A stretch of DNA of 64,000 bases from Dehalococcoidia bacterium. GTDB taxonomy: Bacteria; Chloroflexota; Dehalococcoidia; UBA6926. The position numbers and the translations under genes were made by a program. The stretch spans positions 462,030 through 526,029 of the forward strand of contig CBDCQG010000001.1 in the NCBI GenBank assembly GCA_965220565.1, in the 5' to 3' direction. The notes below the pieces were generated by a model. It saw only the letters and a program-made list of their open reading frames with translations. It was not told where the DNA came from and ran no database searches. Positions 16,843 to 26,654 of this stretch are shown in pieces (position 1 is the first letter of the stretch; every line of letters starts with the position of its first letter).

Positions 16843-16909
16843 CGCACTTTCGAGTATGGGAACCGCGCCAAACAGGGTCAAGAAAGACGACGCGATTTGA
16901 TACAGCTAT

Positions 16910-17179
16910 CTAGAAGCGACGGATTACTCTGTCATATTCCGCGTGCGGGCCAATCCAGAACCAGACAACATCTCCATCCACCATAAGAGCCAGGGCACGA
17001 TAGTGCTCTCCGATCCGCACGGAATAGAGCGGCTCCCTCACTCCAACTCTCTTGAATGCGAGACTCCGGTGATATGGGTCTGTGCGAAAGAATTCGTATG
17101 CGCGCTTGGCTTGCTCTTGTACGGACTCAGGCAGTCGCCTGAACTCAATCCAGAAGTTGCGCTCAGTGAACGAGCGCAC
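16910..17179 (-). CDS. type II toxin, RelE/ParE superfamily
   Basis: 89 aa, GTG start; FWIEFRRLPESVQ...SVRIGEHYRALALMVDGDVVWFWIGPHAEYDR typical of RelE/ParE-fold toxins; start overlaps antitoxin stop by 1 nt. Confidence 0.7.
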   Translation of the reverse strand: MRSFTERNFWIEFRRLPESVQEQAKRAYEFFRTDPYHRSLAFKRVGVREPLYSVRIGEHYRALALMVDGDVVWFWIGPHAEYDRVIRRF

Positions 17180-17406
17180 TAGCCAAAATCTTCCTCACGA
17201 AGAGGCTTGGTGCGCCCGGCTTTATGCTCAGCGCGAACCTTTTCTGCCATCTTTTCGAGCCACTCTTGGGATTCCGGGGACGCAAGCAATTCGTCCCACT
17301 TCTTGTCTGCATCCATTTCTTCGAGGATTACCGCCGCGAGAGTTTCTTGCTTCTCTTCAGGCAGTTCCGCTGCCTTTTCAAACGCCTGTTGAAGTAGCTT
17401 ATTCAT
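17179..17406 (-). CDS. type II antitoxin (addiction-module antitoxin paired with RelE/ParE toxins)
   Basis: 75 aa from ATG 17404-17406 (MNKLLQQAFEKAAELPEEKQETLAAVILEEM...); track merges it into an over-long 244-aa ORF. Confidence 0.65.
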   Translation of the reverse strand: MNKLLQQAFEKAAELPEEKQETLAAVILEEMDADKKWDELLASPESQEWLEKMAEKVRAEHKAGRTKPLREEDFG

Positions 17407-17469
17407 CACAGTGCCCCTTAGCTCTGCATCAAGTATACGCCGCTTACTTGCGTCCGCTATGCTTTTACT

Positions 17470-18084
17470 ATGGCCTCCGGCACAGAGAAAACCCGGCGGA
17501 CTAGCGGCCTTGCAGGCCCCGCCGCCAAGGGCGTCGACCGCGTCCTCATCAGCAAGACGCGCCTCCAACGCCGCGTGAAACAACTGGCGGCGCAGTTGAG
17601 CGCGGAGTATGCGGACGGAGAGGTCGTCTGCGTCGGCGCTCTCAACGGCGTCATCTGCTTTCTCGCGGACCTTGTGCGCGAGATGGACATCCCCGCGCCG
17701 GTGGAGCTTGTCCACGTTGACCGGTTCATCGATGAACGCGGCCACACCGTTGAGATGCCCAACCCGTTCCGCGAAAGCTTGCGCGGCCGCGACATCCTCA
17801 TTGTTGAAGACATCGTGGACACCGGCGTCACGCTCAAGCTGCTGGTCGATAAGGTTCTCGCGGAGAATCCCGCCTCGGTCAAGGTCTGCACGCTGCTGGA
17901 CAAGCCCGCGCACCGCGAAGTTGACGTTCAGCTTGACTTTATCGGCTTCTCGATAGACCCGGTCTTTGTCGTGGGCTATGGCCTCGACTACGAAGGCTTC
18001 TACCGGAATCTGCCGTTCGTTGGTGTTGTGGACAGCGCCGTCTGGCCGCCCGCGCTGCTGGAACGTCCCAAGATTGACTCCTAG
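17470..18084 (+). CDS. hpt: hypoxanthine-guanine phosphoribosyltransferase
   Basis: 204 aa; PRPP-binding motif ILIVEDIVDTGVTL. Confidence 0.85.
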   Translation: MASGTEKTRRTSGLAGPAAKGVDRVLISKTRLQRRVKQLAAQLSAEYADGEVVCVGALNGVICFLADLVREMDIPAPVELVHVDRFIDERGHTVEMPNPFRESLRGRDILIVEDIVDTGVTLKLLVDKVLAENPASVKVCTLLDKPAHREVDVQLDFIGFSIDPVFVVGYGLDYEGFYRNLPFVGVVDSAVWPPALLERPKIDS

Positions 18085-18216
18085 TTACCCTCTCCATGGG
18101 GGAGGGGGCTGGCGTGAGGGAGGAACATCGTTGACACGGCGCATTGCCATTGGCCACACTCGCGGTACAACTGATGAACAGGGAAAGCGCCACAACGGCG
18201 CGGGGAGAGGGAGACG

Positions 18217-18660
18217 ATGATTACGGATATTCGCTACAACGCCGTCATGGTGGAGGACCTGGAAGAGGGCGTGCAGCTGTGGAAAGACCTGTTCGGTCTT
18301 GAGGAACTCAACCAGGCCCGCGGCAACCAGTTCGGCATCCGGGCGCAGATGCTCGGTTACAACGGCCAGCCCGTCATCGAAGTCATGACGCCCGCAGGCC
18401 CCGAGACCGCCCTGGCCCGCATGATGGAGGAGCGCAAGAACGAGCGAAACCCCAAGGGCGAGGGCATGTACATGGTCTGCCTTGAGGTCGACGATATCGA
18501 GGCGACCATCAAGAACATCGAGGAAAAGGGCGGCCGTATCCAGCGTGAAGAGGGCAATGCCAACGTTGCGTGGGTGCATCCCCTCGGCACCAAGATGGTC
18601 TTCATCGAGTTGCAGCAGCGCGGAGCGGGCGGCATGGGCGCAGCCGGCGGAGGCAGCTAG
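18217..18660 (+). CDS. VOC (glyoxalase/bleomycin resistance/methylmalonyl-CoA epimerase-like) family protein
   Basis: 147 aa; two beta-alpha-beta-beta-beta modules, MYMVCLEVDDIEAT. Confidence 0.7.
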   Translation: MITDIRYNAVMVEDLEEGVQLWKDLFGLEELNQARGNQFGIRAQMLGYNGQPVIEVMTPAGPETALARMMEERKNERNPKGEGMYMVCLEVDDIEATIKNIEEKGGRIQREEGNANVAWVHPLGTKMVFIELQQRGAGGMGAAGGGS

Positions 18661-18748
18661 GCACGGCTGGGCCGCCGCATGGCGTCGGCGCTGGTGTTGA
18701 TCAGTACGCGAGCCGCCCTGGCCTCCACGATTCTCCGGAGGCGCGAAC

Positions 18749-19720
18749 GTGCAGAATGAGAACGCATTCCCTCAGCGGGGAATAAATGAGATCTTTGCGG
18801 AGCTCTGGTCCGTTTATCTCGCGCGGGTTGTGCGCCTGCTCATCATTTCTTTCGTCAGTGCCGCTGTCGTCTTTGGAGCAATGTCCGGCATCGATGCCAT
18901 TCTGCCCGAGGGAAATCAGCCCGCGATCAACGAGATCCTCACAAGCGTGCCGGAGGACGAGAGTCCAACCAATGAGCAACTCCAGGAGATAGCCGAGTTG
19001 CAGTTGGAGGACCTGCCGCTGGAACTCCTCAGGTCTGCACTTGTTGTCGCCGCCGCGTTGCTGGTTTCCGCCGTGGCTGCGGGCGCCTACATGTTCGTCA
19101 TCGGCGCGCACTATGTCGTTGGCCGCGTTCTGATCTCGGAGGCCCTGACCTTTTCCGTACAGCGTGTTGGCGGCCTGGTCATCACGACGCTGATAGCGCT
19201 GGCCGTGGTTTTCGCCGTCTGGGGCGTCCTGTTCATTGCGCCGTTCATGATTGCAAACGCTACGATGGACACCACCCTGGTTGCCGCCCTGTTCGGACTG
19301 CTGTCCCTGACCGGTTTTGTGGGCGCGGTGGTCATCACGCTCTATACGGCCATCCGCTGGACGTTCATCTGGCCTGTCATCGCGTTTGAAGGCCTCATCG
19401 GGGTTGCCGCCCTAAGGCGTAGTTGGGAACTGACGGAGAATTTCTGGTGGTGGACATTCGGCTTCGTCGTCATCGCGACGCTCGCCGTCTTCGCGGTCGG
19501 CTTTCCCGGCCTCATCGCAACCGCCGCCGGTCTGGAGACCGTTGGCACGTGGTATTCGAACCTCGTCGCCCCCACGATGGCGGGACCGATCCAGGCGATT
19601 ATGATATTCCTGCTCTACGCAAGCCTCCGAACGCGCAAGGAATCCCCGCCCGGCTACGGCCCCGACCAGATCGCGAATGAGCTTGGCTTCCAGCGCCAAG
19701 TTTGGGACGACGCGCCGTAG
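18749..19720 (+). CDS. polytopic membrane protein, hypothetical
   Basis: 323 aa with 6 or more hydrophobic segments. Confidence 0.5.
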   Translation: MQNENAFPQRGINEIFAELWSVYLARVVRLLIISFVSAAVVFGAMSGIDAILPEGNQPAINEILTSVPEDESPTNEQLQEIAELQLEDLPLELLRSALVVAAALLVSAVAAGAYMFVIGAHYVVGRVLISEALTFSVQRVGGLVITTLIALAVVFAVWGVLFIAPFMIANATMDTTLVAALFGLLSLTGFVGAVVITLYTAIRWTFIWPVIAFEGLIGVAALRRSWELTENFWWWTFGFVVIATLAVFAVGFPGLIATAAGLETVGTWYSNLVAPTMAGPIQAIMIFLLYASLRTRKESPPGYGPDQIANELGFQRQVWDDAP

Positions 19721-19751
19721 CGCGGGATCGCGAGTTTGAGGCGTAGCGCAG

Positions 19752-20027
19752 CTACCCGCCGATCACCACGTTCCATTTCCTGATTCGCCATGAGGCGACC
19801 AGGCCGTTGTTGATGTACGGGTCCTTCGAAACAAAGTCGTCGATGACGGACGTATCATCAGTGCGGAAAACGATCGATGCGCCGTCGACAGGATCATCGT
19901 ACGCCCCGGCTATGGGGACAACCCCGCGGGCATGGAGGTCTCTCAGGAGAGCCAGGTGCTCATCGCGATGCGCCGGCCGCCGTTCCAGCACGTCCGCCAC
20001 ATAGTCATAGATCAGGATGTAGTACAT
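19752..20027 (-). CDS. YciI-family protein
   Basis: 91 aa; MYYILIYDY...HLALLRDL typical YCII-related domain. Confidence 0.75.
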   Translation of the reverse strand: MYYILIYDYVADVLERRPAHRDEHLALLRDLHARGVVPIAGAYDDPVDGASIVFRTDDTSVIDDFVSKDPYINNGLVASWRIRKWNVVIGG

Positions 20028-20030
20028 CGC

Positions 20031-22862
20031 TCAGCCTAATCGCGCCAGTTGTTCCTCGATGCGCTGCACGCGTTGGCGTGATTCCTCAAGCCGCTCCTCT
20101 TCCTTGGCCACAACCTGCGGCGGCGCCTTGGAGCGGAAACTCTCGTTCGCCAACCGCTGTTCAAGGCCGGTCAGGCGTCCACGCGTTTCGTCCAATTCCT
20201 TTGAGAGCCGAGACCGCTCCGCGTCCGCGTCCACCAGCCCGGCCAGCGGCACCATGACCGTCACCCCATCGAGAATGGCTATCATTACCGACGCGGGGTC
20301 GGGCCGCTCATCCTCAGGCGCAAGCACGTTCAGAGAGGACACGCGAGCGAGCACGCCGATCGCCTCGCGCGAATCTGCGATGGCCCCCTGTGATTCCGGC
20401 ACGGCGTCGACGATTGTCTCGATCATGCGCGAATGCTCAACGTTGCCCTCGGCGCGCGCGTTGCGGATAGCCCGGACCACGTTGATAACGTCGGCGACCT
20501 CGGACTCCGCCGCCCCGTCGACACGACCTGTGTCTGCCTCCGGGTAGGCGCTGATCATGATGGAGTCCACACCCCGCGCCAACTCCGGCGCGCGGGCAAT
20601 CAGGCTCTGCCAGATTTCCTCTGTCACAAACGGCATGAACGGATGGAGCAGGCGCATCGACTGCTCAAGCACGCCAACCAGGTAGTGAACGGGTCTGTCA
20701 TCCCCGTTGCGAATACGCACCTTGGCAAGCTCGATATACCAATCCGCGAACTCATCCCACAGGAAATCACGGATGATCTGCTCGGCCTGTCCCAACTGGA
20801 AGTCCTCAAGCAGCCGGTTCACGTCGGCAGTGACGCTCGCCATACGAGAGGCGATCCACCGGTCCTCGCGGTGTTCCGGCGCAGGCATCTCGCCGCCAAC
20901 CTGCGTGTCCGCCTGTTCCATCGACCGCACGACGAACCGCGCAGCGTTCCACAACTTGTTGGCGAAATTGCGCCCCGCCTCCATGCGCCCCGGTGTCAGC
21001 GCAAGATCATTCCCCGGCGTCGTGGCAATCGTCAGGGCCATGCGCAGCGCGTCCGTGCCGTACTCCGCGATGCTCTCCAGTGGATCGATCACGTTCCCGC
21101 GTGTCTTTGACATTTTTTGTCGTTGGGCATCACGCACCAGGCCGTGCAGGTAAACGGTGCGGAAGGGAATCTCCCCCGTGTTCTCCAGTCCCATCATGAT
21201 CATCCGCGCGACCCAGAAAAACAGGATGTCGTAGCCCGTTTCCATCACGGATGTCGGATGGAAATACGTGTAGTCCTCCGTCTCGTCCGGCCAGCCGAGC
21301 GTGGAATGCGGCCACAACCCGGAGGAGAACCACGTGTCCAGCACGTCCGGATCCTGCACCAGCGCCGCCGGGCCGCACTCCGGGCACGCGGACGGACCAT
21401 CCAACGCCACGATGGGCGTCGCATCCTTGTCGGCGTTCACCCGATCGGCTCGCGTGACGATCTCCTCAGGGGTCAGCCCAATCTCCCGCAACTCCGAATA
21501 CGTCGCCTCCCACAACGGCTGCCCGTCAGGCCCCGTTATGGCATCTCGCAGGATGATTTGGAGCCGTGCGCCGTCGCATTCGCCGCAGAACCACGCCGGG
21601 ATGCGATGCCCCCACCACAACTGGCGGGAGATGCACCAGTCACGGATGCCGTCCATCCAGTTGAGATACGTGCCCGTGAAACGTTCCGGCACGATGTTGA
21701 TCCGGCCGTCACGCACGGCCTCCGCGGCGCGCTCGGCCAAGGGCAGAATGTCGACGAACCACTGGATGCTGATGCGCGGCTCAATGATGGATTGGCACCG
21801 GTAGCATCGTCCCACACGGTTCTGATAGTCCTCCGTTTTTTCGAGGAAGCCCTGCGCCTCAAGGTCGGCGACGATGCGTTGCCGCGCCTCGAATCGCTCC
21901 AGCCCCTCGAACGGCCCCGCGTGTTCATTCATCACGCCGTCCGCGTCGATAACTTCTATTGCATCGAGGCCATGCCGCTGACCGATCTCAAAGTCGTTCT
22001 GGTCGTGCGCCGGCGTCACCTTGAGCGCGCCCGTCCCGAACTCCATGTCCACGTAGTCATCCCCGACGATGGGGATTTCGCGGTCGATGAACGGCAGGCG
22101 CACCGTCGTGCCGATGGCGTCTGCGAATCGCGGGTCGTTCGTGTTCACGGCGACGGCCGTATCACCCAAATACGTCTCCGGCCGCGTCGTGGCTACGGTC
22201 ACATAACGTCCTGAGCCGTCAGTATAGGGGTAGTTGATGTGCCAGAGCTTGCCCTCGGTGTCCTCGTATTCGGTTTCAAGGTCAGACAGGGCAGTGTGGT
22301 CGGTTGGGCACCAGTTGATCATCCGCTCGCCGCGGTAGATGCGCCCCTTGTTGAACAGGTTTACGAACGTGGCTCGGACAGCCCGTGACGGCCCCTCATC
22401 GAGCGTGAACCGCTCGCGCGTCCAGTCGCATGACGCGCCGAGACGCCGGTGCTGATTCTGGATTGCGCCGCCGTACTCCCTCACCCACTCCCACACGTGC
22501 TCCAGGAATCTCTCGCGCCCGATCTCGCGCCGGTCCATGCCTTGTGACGCAAGGTGATTCTCAACGACGTATTGAGTCGCGATGCCTGCGTGATCCGTCC
22601 CGGGCAGCCACAGTGTCGGGTCGCCCCGCATCCGATGCCACCGCACCAGCGTGTCCTCAACCGACGCCGTCAGCGCATGGCCGAGATGCAGCTGCCCCGT
22701 GACGTTGGGCGGCGGCATGATGACGACGAAGGGCTGCCGCTCGTGGTCGATACGGGGTTGAAAATACCCGCGGTCCTCCCACCACTGGTAGCGCGCCTCT
22801 TCGAATCGCGCCGGGTCATACGCGGGCGGCATCTCAGCCGCAGAGTTCGAATCGATCGCCAT
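20031..22862 (-). CDS. valS: valine--tRNA ligase
   Basis: 943 aa; HLGHALTASVEDTL (HIGH), KMSKTRGNVIDP (KMSKS), C-terminal coiled coil. Confidence 0.9.
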   Translation of the reverse strand: MAIDSNSAAEMPPAYDPARFEEARYQWWEDRGYFQPRIDHERQPFVVIMPPPNVTGQLHLGHALTASVEDTLVRWHRMRGDPTLWLPGTDHAGIATQYVVENHLASQGMDRREIGRERFLEHVWEWVREYGGAIQNQHRRLGASCDWTRERFTLDEGPSRAVRATFVNLFNKGRIYRGERMINWCPTDHTALSDLETEYEDTEGKLWHINYPYTDGSGRYVTVATTRPETYLGDTAVAVNTNDPRFADAIGTTVRLPFIDREIPIVGDDYVDMEFGTGALKVTPAHDQNDFEIGQRHGLDAIEVIDADGVMNEHAGPFEGLERFEARQRIVADLEAQGFLEKTEDYQNRVGRCYRCQSIIEPRISIQWFVDILPLAERAAEAVRDGRINIVPERFTGTYLNWMDGIRDWCISRQLWWGHRIPAWFCGECDGARLQIILRDAITGPDGQPLWEATYSELREIGLTPEEIVTRADRVNADKDATPIVALDGPSACPECGPAALVQDPDVLDTWFSSGLWPHSTLGWPDETEDYTYFHPTSVMETGYDILFFWVARMIMMGLENTGEIPFRTVYLHGLVRDAQRQKMSKTRGNVIDPLESIAEYGTDALRMALTIATTPGNDLALTPGRMEAGRNFANKLWNAARFVVRSMEQADTQVGGEMPAPEHREDRWIASRMASVTADVNRLLEDFQLGQAEQIIRDFLWDEFADWYIELAKVRIRNGDDRPVHYLVGVLEQSMRLLHPFMPFVTEEIWQSLIARAPELARGVDSIMISAYPEADTGRVDGAAESEVADVINVVRAIRNARAEGNVEHSRMIETIVDAVPESQGAIADSREAIGVLARVSSLNVLAPEDERPDPASVMIAILDGVTVMVPLAGLVDADAERSRLSKELDETRGRLTGLEQRLANESFRSKAPPQVVAKEEERLEESRQRVQRIEEQLARLG

Positions 22863-22945
22863 TAGCGGGCGCTCCGACGGCTCAAAAAGGCAAGATGATA
22901 GAGGCGGTCATTCATAGCAGCTTCTATTGTAGCGAATGAATGAGA

Positions 22946-23581
22946 CTAGCCCGCCGTCTGCCCCGTCACCGCAAGCGCCCGCTCATAGTCCTCAGGGCTG
23001 TTCATGTTCACGATGACGATCGGGTCTGCAAACTCGACCCTGTTGACGCGATCAGGGTCTCGTTCCGTGATTTCACGCAGACCGCGCTTTGCCTCCGTGA
23101 TTGCCTCGATCTCGGAACGAAGGGAGGAGTTCATCACCGGCGGGTGTCCTTCGATGCCGCCGTGCCATGGATACGTGATCGGCAGCCCGCCTGAGTGATG
23201 CGCCTCCACCAGCATGTCCGTGACGTGAGCAGGCTTCGGCGAGTCCATCGCGAGAAAGATCCACTCAGTGGCACGTGGGTCGGCTGCAGCCAACCCGGCC
23301 AGCACGGACGTCGTCTTGCCGCGTTCGTAATCCGCGTTCTCGATGATCTTGTAGACGGGCACGCGCTCAAGCGACTCCGGCAAGAGAGGCCGATAGTCCC
23401 CGGCGTCCTCCCCAAGCACGACGATCAACTCATCCACGCCCGAAAGCCCGCCCTGCTCAACTTGATACGTCAACAAGTCCTTGCCCATCCAGGGCAGGGT
23501 CTGCTTGGGACGGCCCATGCGCGATGAACTGCCCGCGGCGAGAATAACCAGGGAAACGAATCGGGTACCCGTTTCGGTCAC
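22946..23581 (-). CDS. MobA-like NTP transferase (molybdenum cofactor cytidylyl/guanylyltransferase family)
   Basis: 211 aa; LAAGSSSRMGRPKQ signature. Confidence 0.75.
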   Translation of the reverse strand: MTETGTRFVSLVILAAGSSSRMGRPKQTLPWMGKDLLTYQVEQGGLSGVDELIVVLGEDAGDYRPLLPESLERVPVYKIIENADYERGKTTSVLAGLAAADPRATEWIFLAMDSPKPAHVTDMLVEAHHSGGLPITYPWHGGIEGHPPVMNSSLRSEIEAITEAKRGLREITERDPDRVNRVEFADPIVIVNMNSPEDYERALAVTGQTAG

Positions 23582-23598
23582 GCGAGTTCCTTAGGTGA

Positions 23599-24810
23599 TC
23601 ACCCGCTGAAAAGGGCGCACACGCGATCCAGCACGGTGTCCGCCACCTCGCGCTTGGACATCAGCGGCAGGTCCTCCTGGCCGCCGGACTTGTCGAGAAT
23701 GACAACGCGATTCGTATCGACCGCGAAGCCGGCATCCGCCGCCGAAACGTCGTTGGCGACGATCATGTCCAGCTTCTTGCCCTCCAGCTTGGCGCGGGCG
23801 TTCTTGAGCAGGTCCTCCGTCTCGGCGGCAAAGCCGACCTTGATGCCGGGCAGGCTGCTAACCTGCGCGAGGATGTCCGGCGTTTTCTGCATCTCGATGG
23901 TCAGGCGGTCCTGTCCCTCGACCTTTTTCATCTTCTGACCCGCCGCGGAGATCGGCTCCCAGTCCGCGACCGCAGCCGCCATGACCAGCGCATCTGCCGC
24001 GTCGTTCAGAGCGTCGGAAACCGCCGCAAGCATCTGGCGCGCGCTCTCCACCTTGACCACCTTGATGCCCGTCGGGTTGGCCAGGCTTGCCGCCGTTACG
24101 AGCGTCACGCGCGCCCCCCTGTCCCGCGCAGCCTCCGCGAACGCATAGCCCTGCTTGCCTGATGAACGATTCGTCACCACGCGCACGGGATCGATCGGTT
24201 CCTGTGTTCCGCCTGCCGAGACGACGATATGCCGTCCTGCCAGGTCCTGGTTCGCCGAGAGGATCCCTCCCAGCGCTTCGAGAATATCCGTCGCCTCGAC
24301 GAGCCGGCCGCTGCCGACCGCGCCTGAGGCAAGCCGTCCTTCATTCGGCCCGGCGAACTCGAAGCCGCGCTCTTTCAGAGCAGCCACGTTCGCCTGCGTC
24401 GCCGCGTTCGCCCACATGTGGTGCTCCATCGCGGGCGCGATGAGAACGGGGGCCTCCGTGGCGAGAACGATCGTCGAGAGCGCGTCGTCCGCAAGGCCGT
24501 GCGCAATCTTGGCCATCACGTTCGCCGTTGCGGGCGCGATGACGATGGCATCCGCCTGCCGCGCAATCTCCACGTGCTCCAACGGGTCCTCGGAGTTGGC
24601 GTCGAAGAGGTCGGTTATCACGAGGCGGTGCGTCAGGGAACGGAACGTGAGCGGGGTGATGAACTCCTGCGCGGAACGTGTCAGCACAACGTCAACAAGC
24701 GCCCCCGCCTGCATGAGCTTGGAGGCGATGTCCGCCGCCTTATAGCTCGCGATGCTGCCGGACACACCCAGCACGACTCGCTTACCCGCTATCGCGTCTA
24801 CCCTACTCAT
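23599..24810 (-). CDS. coaBC: bifunctional phosphopantothenoylcysteine decarboxylase / phosphopantothenate-cysteine ligase
   Basis: 403 aa; flavoprotein N-domain GKRVVLGVSGSIASYKA and DFP C-domain. Confidence 0.9.
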   Translation of the reverse strand: MSRVDAIAGKRVVLGVSGSIASYKAADIASKLMQAGALVDVVLTRSAQEFITPLTFRSLTHRLVITDLFDANSEDPLEHVEIARQADAIVIAPATANVMAKIAHGLADDALSTIVLATEAPVLIAPAMEHHMWANAATQANVAALKERGFEFAGPNEGRLASGAVGSGRLVEATDILEALGGILSANQDLAGRHIVVSAGGTQEPIDPVRVVTNRSSGKQGYAFAEAARDRGARVTLVTAASLANPTGIKVVKVESARQMLAAVSDALNDAADALVMAAAVADWEPISAAGQKMKKVEGQDRLTIEMQKTPDILAQVSSLPGIKVGFAAETEDLLKNARAKLEGKKLDMIVANDVSAADAGFAVDTNRVVILDKSGGQEDLPLMSKREVADTVLDRVCALFSG

Positions 24811-24835
24811 CTCCTACCTTCTCACCCGTCATTCC

Positions 24836-24877
24836 CACCCATCAACCGTCATTCCCGCGAAAGCGGGAATCTGAATC
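24836..24877. repeat. dispersed hairpin repeat, family 1 (GTCATTCCCGCGAAAGCGGGAATC), with partial upstream half-copy
   Basis: perfect 8-bp stem ATTCCCGC/GCGGGAAT with GAAA loop; copies at 44211-44240, 49001-49030, 53781-53871, 36523-36549 (inverted), 37421-37452 (variant). Confidence 0.7.
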
Positions 24878-24891
24878 GTGATTTGCTCAGT

Positions 24892-25659
24892 CTATCCCTG
24901 ATTAAGCTCCCAGATCAGCCGCAAACCCTGCAGCGTCAGGTCCGGCTCCAGCTCATCGATAATCGTCGTTCCCTCCGCGATCGTTTCAACAAGCCCGCCC
25001 GTCGCAATTACTCGAGCATCCGAACCGATCTCAGCGCGTATCCGCTGGATCACACCCTCCATCAGACCAAGATACCCGTACATCAGACCTGAGCGCATCG
25101 CCTGATCCGTGTCACGTCCGATGACCTTTTCGGGAAACACCGGTGCAATGGGCGGCAGCTGCGCCGCTCTCTGTGTCAGCGCCGCGGACGCCAGCGCGAT
25201 CCCCGGGGCGATCACGCCCCCGATGAATACCCCGTCCCCTGTCACCACGTCAAACGTTGTCGCCGTACCGAAATCGACCACGATGCCCGGCCCGCCGTAC
25301 AGCCCGTACGCCGCCGCCGCGTTCACGATCCTGTCCGTGCCGACGCCGTCCGGCTTGTCCACGTCTACTGCCACGCCCCGATGCGTTGCTGTCTTGGCGT
25401 CCAGTGCCGTGACGCCGAACGTGTCCGCTGCCGTCCGCTCCATCATCGTTGTCAGGGGGGGCACGACGGAACAGAGGGAAACGCCGTCTATATCGGCTTC
25501 ACGGATACTGTGGCGCGCCAACTCGGCGCACATGTACTCAGCCGTGTCGGACGGCGAATAGCTTTCGCCTGTCGGGAGGCGGGCAGACACGACAATTCGC
25601 TCACCGTCAAAAACGGCGAACTTCATGTTCGTGTTCCCGATATCAACCGCCAACAGCAT
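24892..25659 (-). CDS. coaX: type III pantothenate kinase
   Basis: ATG 25657-25659 (MLLAVDIGNTNMKFAV) preceded by GAGGTGG; track ORF extends to 25722. Confidence 0.8.
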   Translation of the reverse strand: MLLAVDIGNTNMKFAVFDGERIVVSARLPTGESYSPSDTAEYMCAELARHSIREADIDGVSLCSVVPPLTTMMERTAADTFGVTALDAKTATHRGVAVDVDKPDGVGTDRIVNAAAAYGLYGGPGIVVDFGTATTFDVVTGDGVFIGGVIAPGIALASAALTQRAAQLPPIAPVFPEKVIGRDTDQAMRSGLMYGYLGLMEGVIQRIRAEIGSDARVIATGGLVETIAEGTTIIDELEPDLTLQGLRLIWELNQG

Positions 25660-25790
25660 CCCGTACCACCTCATTCCGGCGACGGCCGGAATCCAGCCGG
25701 TCTGCCCAAAAGACACACGCAATTATACGCGTCGGGTCTATCCATCTGAGCCGCGAATCTGAAACAATCTGAAAACAAGGAGAATCACAT

Positions 25791-26654
25791 ATGACCAACC
25801 CGACCCGCACAGTCCTCGTCATCGGCGCAACCGGCAACCAGGGCGGCGGCCTTGTCGGCCACCTGCTGTCGTCCAAGGACTGGCACGTCCGCGGCCTCAC
25901 CCGCTCCCCGCAGAGTGAAAAGGCGCAGGCGCTTGCCGCGCGCGGCGTGGAGATTGTCGCAGGCGACATGGACGACGCTGCGTCTCTTGACGCGGCCATG
26001 GAGGGCGCATACGGCGTCTTCTCCGTGCAGGGGGAGGCGAGAGGGGACGATCCCATGCACGAGGCGCGGCAGGGCATCGCCGTCGCCGACGCCGCAAAGA
26101 GGGCAGAGGTGCAGCATCTTGTCTACACCTCCTCCTGTGGGGCAAAGGAGCCGGATCGTGGCGTTTCGTATTGGGACGCCAAGCGGGAGGTCATTGCCCA
26201 CGTCCGGGAGAATGGCGTTCCGTATACGATCCTCCGCCCTGTGTCGTTCATGGAGAACTACGTCTCCGACCGTAACGGCCTCGCCAACGGCGTCGTTCGC
26301 GGTCTGCTGACGCCGGACAAGACCCTGCAGGTTATCTCGGGCCACGACATCGGCGCATACGCTGCCGCCGCATTCAACAACCCTGCCGAATATCAGGGGC
26401 AGGAGATTGATATCGCCGCCGAAACCCTCACGATGACCGACATCGCCGCCGCCCTCACCCGCGTTATCGGGCACGAGATCGCCTACCAGGAGATACCTGA
26501 GGAGGCGCGGGCAAAGATGCCGGAGTCCGGCGTCGCGATGGGCAAGTGGTACCAGGCTTACGGCTACGACGAGGATATTCCTGCCCTGGAAGCCAGGTGG
26601 GGCATCCCCACACTTAAATTCGAGGAATGGCTCCGCGCCATCGGCTGGCGCTAG
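25791..26654 (+). CDS. NmrA-family NAD(P)-binding protein
   Basis: 287 aa; VLVIGATGNQGGGL Rossmann motif; AAGGAGA SD. Confidence 0.75.
   Translation: MTNPTRTVLVIGATGNQGGGLVGHLLSSKDWHVRGLTRSPQSEKAQALAARGVEIVAGDMDDAASLDAAMEGAYGVFSVQGEARGDDPMHEARQGIAVADAAKRAEVQHLVYTSSCGAKEPDRGVSYWDAKREVIAHVRENGVPYTILRPVSFMENYVSDRNGLANGVVRGLLTPDKTLQVISGHDIGAYAAAAFNNPAEYQGQEIDIAAETLTMTDIAAALTRVIGHEIAYQEIPEEARAKMPESGVAMGKWYQAYGYDEDIPALEARWGIPTLKFEEWLRAIGWR

Noticed and set aside
17179-17913. 244-aa minus-strand ORF spanning the hpt 5' region
   Set aside because: Only its C-terminal 75 aa (antitoxin) is plausible. The rest is antisense to the strongly conserved hpt gene and has junk composition.
18093-18115. Hairpin CCCTCTCC-ATG-GGGGAGGG after hpt as a terminator
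   Set aside because: Stable stem but no downstream T-run, so it is not a convincing intrinsic terminator; it may be incidental GC-rich structure.
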